The notes beneath the pieces are model-generated. The model saw only the letters and a list, made by a program, of their open reading frames with translations. It searched no databases and had not been told where the DNA came from. From the IMG/VR virus record IMGVR_UViG_3300024502_000010, positions 62,001 to 126,000 of that record: a DNA stretch of 64,000 nt; one strand, written 5' to 3'. Below, one piece after another: positions 61,003 through 64,000 of the stretch. The translations under genes and the position numbers were made by a program. Every line of letters starts with the position of its first letter. Positions within the stretch are counted from its first letter, which is position 1.

Positions 61003-61751
61003 ACACCAACTTCCATTTTAGCAAGAATATATTCCTTCACAAATCCAGAGCGAACAATATCATCAACTCCAAATTCAATAATATCAATTGAAGGCATCAC
61101 ACGAAGAACTTTCATGAAGTCAATGATTCCATTCTTCTCATTCGTCTTAATAAGATCAGATTGAGTAGCATCGCCACAGAACATAATCTTACTGTTTTCA
61201 CCTACACGAGTAATTATACTATCAAGTTCATGAAAATTCAAGTTTTGGAATTCATCAACAATCACAATGGCATTATCTAAAGTGGTTCCGCGAATAAAAG
61301 AGGTGCTCCAAAAACTGATCGTTCCCTGAGTTTTAAGATTGCCATAAAGCATCTCAAATGATGCGTCGTCTGGCATTTGGAACATATACTTTACCATATT
61401 CTTATATGGAATCTGATAAAGACTTGACTTGTCTTCATGGTCTCCGGGAAGAAAACCAATCTCACGAGTAGCAACAAGAGACCTTACAATATAAATTTTT
61501 TCGTAAGGACTTCTTTCATCGAGAACATCTTGAAGTGCATTGTAAAGAGTGATAAAAGTTTTACCAGTTCCTGCACATCCATAAGCAACAATATTTTGTC
61601 CCTTCTCATATGCTCCATATAAAAGTTTTTGATTATCAGTAAGAGGTTCAATATCTCTCATCAAATCAAGACCAATTGGTTTCTTGCGTTTCATTTGTTT
61701 TGCAGTCATCCCAACACCAATTGGTTGATCCTCTCTTCTTCTTCTTGCCAT
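60999..61751 (-). CDS. phoH: PhoH-family ATPase
   Basis: G.AGTGKT, RS.V.TREIGFLPG, RG.TLDNA.VIVDE.QN, CGD..QSDL. Confidence 0.95.
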   Translation of the reverse strand: MARRRREDQPIGVGMTAKQMKRKKPIGLDLMRDIEPLTDNQKLLYGAYEKGQNIVAYGCAGTGKTFITLYNALQDVLDERSPYEKIYIVRSLVATREIGFLPGDHEDKSSLYQIPYKNMVKYMFQMPDDASFEMLYGNLKTQGTISFWSTSFIRGTTLDNAIVIVDEFQNLNFHELDSIITRVGENSKIMFCGDATQSDLIKTNEKNGIIDFMKVLRVMPSIDIIEFGVDDIVRSGFVKEYILAKMEVGV

Positions 61752-61764
61752 AAGATTTTAAGAT

Positions 61765-62013
61765 TTAAACGGGTTTTACTTTAGAGCCTGGAACTTGTGA
61801 TGCTTTTTTAAGAACATCATTCCATCCGGGATGAGATTTTTTAAGTCTATCATACACTTCCCCAATATCACCAGATGATGGGCAAGTACTTGGGTCAGAC
61901 CAATCTCTATCCCACTCGGGATTATCTTTTTTCCATTGATCCCAATCATGAACACTGAGAACAACTTCTTTTTGTTCACCAGTTTGTTTATTAATCACTG
62001 GATATGTTGCCAA
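61765..62013 (-). CDS. Conserved cyanophage hypothetical protein (MATYPVINKQTGEQKEV...)
   Basis: 82 aa between thyX and phoH. Confidence 0.7.
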   Translation of the reverse strand: MATYPVINKQTGEQKEVVLSVHDWDQWKKDNPEWDRDWSDPSTCPSSGDIGEVYDRLKKSHPGWNDVLKKASQVPGSKVKPV

Positions 62014-62042
62014 TGTTACACCTCCATTGTATGTAAGGATAT

Positions 62043-62732
62043 TTATTCAATAGTGATGGAAGGTGCATCAACACACTCAGAACACCCTTCACGAGACCAA
62101 CCAAGTGCTTCAGACACTGCAGGAAACTGGCAAGTAAAGATGCAACGAACAAGTTCTGCAATTTCCATGTGTTCCTTCTGTGTACCATGAGCAGAACGAA
62201 GATCAATATAATGAATCCATGACCTTACAGAACCGGTCATATAGAGTCTTGTAGGCGTCGCTAAGGGCAGTACAAACCTTGCACACTCCTTTGCCACACC
62301 CTTCTCTAAAAGGCGGTTATAAAGGCGTAGAGACTGCTCAAAATGAACGCGGATATCTTCTGTCAGTGTCAGTTTCAGATAGTCGGGAATATCATCAATA
62401 GAGTTCTGACGGTTCTTTGTATCTTGGCGGCGCAGTTCAGGCAGAGGAATAGTGCTATTCAGAAGATTTGTATCAGCATATCGTTGCGAAAATTCTTGAT
62501 ATGTAAATGAACGATGGCGAAGAATCTGAGCTGCTAGTCCACGAGTAGTATTGATTTCAACAGTCATTGAAGCTTGTTCAAAGATACTCCAGTGTTGATG
62601 TTGGATGCAATACTTGAGAAGACCAGAAAACTTATCATTATCCTGATTAGCAGGATTACTTACCCGAGCACAATATGCCATATGCTTTTCTGCATCGGGA
62701 GTAACACTAATGAGTTTTACTTCTGGTTTCAT
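62043..62732 (-). CDS. thyX: Flavin-dependent thymidylate synthase
   Basis: HWSIFEQA, QILRHRSFTYQEFSQRY, KECAR.VLP, LR...TQKEH; start at 62732 or 62753. Confidence 0.96.
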   Translation of the reverse strand: MKPEVKLISVTPDAEKHMAYCARVSNPANQDNDKFSGLLKYCIQHQHWSIFEQASMTVEINTTRGLAAQILRHRSFTYQEFSQRYADTNLLNSTIPLPELRRQDTKNRQNSIDDIPDYLKLTLTEDIRVHFEQSLRLYNRLLEKGVAKECARFVLPLATPTRLYMTGSVRSWIHYIDLRSAHGTQKEHMEIAELVRCIFTCQFPAVSEALGWSREGCSECVDAPSITIE

Positions 62733-62742
62733 AAACTCAAAA

Positions 62743-62922
62743 TCATCGTACATCGTATTCATCTTCCTCGTCATAAAATACTTCGTCGTAGTCACTTAAA
62801 AAATTTTTAATTTCTTCATAGACAGGATCTTTAACCTCAGTCTCAGGTTCAATCTCTGCTTTTAAACAATCTACCAGAGACTCAAGGTTTCTGACAATAA
62901 GTTTAAGTTTTTCTCTATCCAT
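62743..62922 (-). CDS. Hypothetical acidic protein (MDREKLKLIVRNLESLVDCLK...)
   Basis: 59-aa ORF by manual translation, directly after the promoter at 62946. Confidence 0.7.
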   Translation of the reverse strand: MDREKLKLIVRNLESLVDCLKAEIEPETEVKDPVYEEIKNFLSDYDEVFYDEEDEYDVR

Positions 62923-62945
62923 TTTTTATAAACCTCGACAAAGGT

Positions 62946-62985
62946 ATTATAGACAAAAAAAGAGGTGGAGTCAAGTCCACCTCTT
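62946..62985 (-). promoter_or_regulatory. Terminator hairpin overlapping a sigma70-like promoter for the thyX-phoH operon
   Basis: AGAGGTGGA/TCCACCTCT stem + T7; TTGACT (62969-62974)-N17-TATAAT (62946-62951). Confidence 0.8.
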
Positions 62986-62988
62986 AAG

Positions 62989-63087
62989 TCATTTTGCTGC
63001 TACCAGAGTAGCAAGAGATGCTTTTTGACGCCTCTCTTCTTTTTGTTTTTGTTCTTTAATGAGTTGAAGAAAGTTTAGTTTTTTCAT
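62989..63087 (-). CDS. 32-aa basic peptide MKKLNFLQLIKEQKQKEERRQKASLATLVAAK
   Basis: ATG overlaps the DUF4278-like stop (TGATG) and the ORF ends at the terminator. Confidence 0.6.
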   Translation of the reverse strand: MKKLNFLQLIKEQKQKEERRQKASLATLVAAK

Positions 63088-63224
63088 CACTTATGCCCCT
63101 CCTTTACAAACTTAACACCACGATAGTTTTCGTTATACTGTTGGGGTTGTTGCATCATTTGCTGTTGATACTCAAGACGCTTTTGCTTGTCGTATTCAAC
63201 ACCGCGATAAACTACTTTTGACAT
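63087..63224 (-). CDS. DUF4278-like peptide (45 aa, two YRGV motifs)
   Basis: MSKVVYRGVEYD...ENYRGVKF; AGGAG RBS; directly downstream of the glutamine-II-like aptamer. Confidence 0.8.
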   Translation of the reverse strand: MSKVVYRGVEYDKQKRLEYQQQMMQQPQQYNENYRGVKFVKEGHK

Positions 63225-63256
63225 TAGGTTTTCTCCTTAGTTTTTAGGTTAAAGAG

Positions 63257-63307
63257 CGTTCCTTCAGTCGGCGTTTCCGTTCGCTATTTGCGAATAGCGA
63301 ATGAACG
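63257..63307 (-). ncRNA. Glutamine-II (Downstream-peptide)-like riboswitch, compact copy
   Basis: CGTTCA-TTCGCTATT(CGCA)AATAGCGAA-CGGAAAC-GCCGAC-TGAAG-GAACG: P1 CGTTC/GAACG, perfect 9-bp P2, CGG/CCG; upstream of DUF4278-like ORF. Confidence 0.8.
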
Positions 63308-63312
63308 AATTG

Positions 63313-63561
63313 CGTTCCGCGTCGGCTTACTTCCGTCCTATTAGGTTTTAGCACTTTACTATGAAATCCTTTCGGAGTTCTAATAACAATCGGTCCTCTA
63401 TCTTTTGAATTACTACATCGTCGTTTTTAACGATGTCCATTAGTTCCATCGCGGTGTCGCAAGAAACTGCAACCTGTTGGATGCTAGATGCTTGTGGCGC
63501 TGAAACGAAGAGGAAAGGAACCCATGCTAAAAGCAAGAGTGCTTTAGTCATAGGATGAACG
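63313..63561 (-). ncRNA. Second, split glutamine-riboswitch-like aptamer whose P2 loop contains ORF 63348-63551
   Basis: 5' half CGTTCA-TCCTAT (63550-63561); 3' half ATAGGA-CGGAAGTAA-GCCGAC-GCG-GAACG (63313-63341). Confidence 0.6.
63348..63551 (-). CDS. 67-aa signal-peptide protein with C-x2-A...E-x-RK...C pattern
   Basis: Hydrophobic N-terminus; same pattern as ORF 17180-17344. Confidence 0.65.
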   Translation of the reverse strand: MTKALLLLAWVPFLFVSAPQASSIQQVAVSCDTAMELMDIVKNDDVVIQKIEDRLLLELRKDFIVKC

Positions 63562-63562
63562 G

Positions 63563-63624
63563 TAGAGGATTATTATACCTCTATTCAACTTATATAGGAA
63601 GTTTTGTGTGTATTTCCTGATACA
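63563..63624 (-). promoter_or_regulatory. Promoter with NtcA-type site
   Basis: TGTA-N8-TACA at 63609-63624; TATAAT 63572-63577 inside a TAGAGG/CCTCTA inverted repeat; weak -35 (TTCCTA). Confidence 0.6.
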
Positions 63625-63629
63625 GTTTT

Positions 63630-63956
63630 CTATCTCTCAATATAACTTAATGTATGATTGGTAGCATAAAGTTGTTGGATAATAATATCACATCCAATCT
63701 TTGGATTACAATCACCACAAGTATAAACATCAACTGCTGCCTTACCTTCTTCTGGCCATGTATGAATGCTGATGTGACTTTCGGACAACAAGCATATTAC
63801 AGTAACTCCTTGTGGTTCAAACTTTTTTGAAATTGTTTGAACCACAGTAGCGCCGCTCGCTGCTGCCGCGTTTTCCAATAAGTCTATAAGACAACGCTCG
63901 TCGTCCAAAAGGACAAACGAGCATCCATACAAATTAAGTAGGTAATGCTTCCCCAT
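63630..63956 (-). CDS. speD: S-adenosylmethionine decarboxylase proenzyme (pyruvoyl-dependent)
   Basis: HYLLNLYGC, FEPQGVT...LSESHISIHTWPE.G.AAVDVYTCG. Confidence 0.92.
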   Translation of the reverse strand: MGKHYLLNLYGCSFVLLDDERCLIDLLENAAAASGATVVQTISKKFEPQGVTVICLLSESHISIHTWPEEGKAAVDVYTCGDCNPKIGCDIIIQQLYATNHTLSYIER

Positions 63957-64000
63957 TACAACGGATTCTCCTCTGCTTCTTTAATTAATGAACTCACAAT
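63956..64000 (-). CDS. 3' end of an upstream ORF (...IVSSLIKEAEENPL*), truncated
   Basis: TAA overlaps the speD ATG. Confidence 0.5.
   Translation of the reverse strand: MVSSLIKEAEENPL

Noticed and set aside
61751-61767. Direct repeat TAAGATTT upstream of phoH as a Pho box
   Set aside because: Period is 9 bp, not the 11 bp expected, and it overlaps the start codon and the previous stop
62733-62795. N-terminal extension of ThyX, or an intron in thyX
   Set aside because: The extension overlaps the separate ORF 62743-62922; ThyX motifs are contiguous, so no intron
897-62810. Many + strand ORFs in the track (e.g. 11327-11857, 53648-54079, 58215-58826) and short alternative-frame minus ORFs inside long genes
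   Set aside because: They are shadows of well-supported overlapping genes, with no RBS, promoter or recognisable motifs
1-64000. CRISPR array, diversity-generating retroelement, invertible shufflon, integrase or transposase
   Set aside because: No regularly spaced repeat-spacer array, reverse transcriptase, template/variable repeat pair or recombinase seen; periodic repeats are all coding (collagen, Gly-rich, endonuclease modules)

Overview
AT-rich segment of a T4-like cyanomyovirus genome (Kyanoviridae-like, probably infecting picocyanobacteria); almost all genes are on the minus strand. 0-19 kb is an early/accessory region: dam, roughly 70 tightly coupled small hypothetical ORFs, a free-standing GIY-YIG-like homing endonuclease, RlpA-like and zincin-like genes, and repeated hairpin-containing sigma70-type promoters. 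19-31.7 kb holds tail-fibre and large virion proteins. 31.7-34.3 kb has a Mom-like GNAT, tRNA-Thr(UGU), tRNA-Leu(UAA) and a 2OG-Fe(II) oxygenase. 34.3-58 kb is the baseplate/tail module (gp5-like, gp51, gp26, gp19/54-like, gp4, gp48, gp53) with cp12 and paralogous tail-associated cell-wall hydrolases. 58-64 kb has gp32, gp59, gp33, exonuclease, phoH, thyX and speD. The best candidates for undescribed biology are regulatory. (1) A nitrogen-sensing module at 63.0-63.6 kb: a full-consensus NtcA box, two tandem glutamine-II-like riboswitch aptamers, one apparently split by a whole 67-codon ORF in its P2 loop, and a DUF4278/IF17-like peptide gene. (2) A predicted ~50-nt sRNA whose 5' end is complementary to the conserved host Yfr1 motif. 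(3) A two-late-promoter hairpin/antisense cassette in front of the homing endonuclease. (4) A 22-bp palindrome at fixed spacing upstream of four hairpin promoters. All calls come from reading the sequence and from recalled family motifs; no database search or folding calculation was run.
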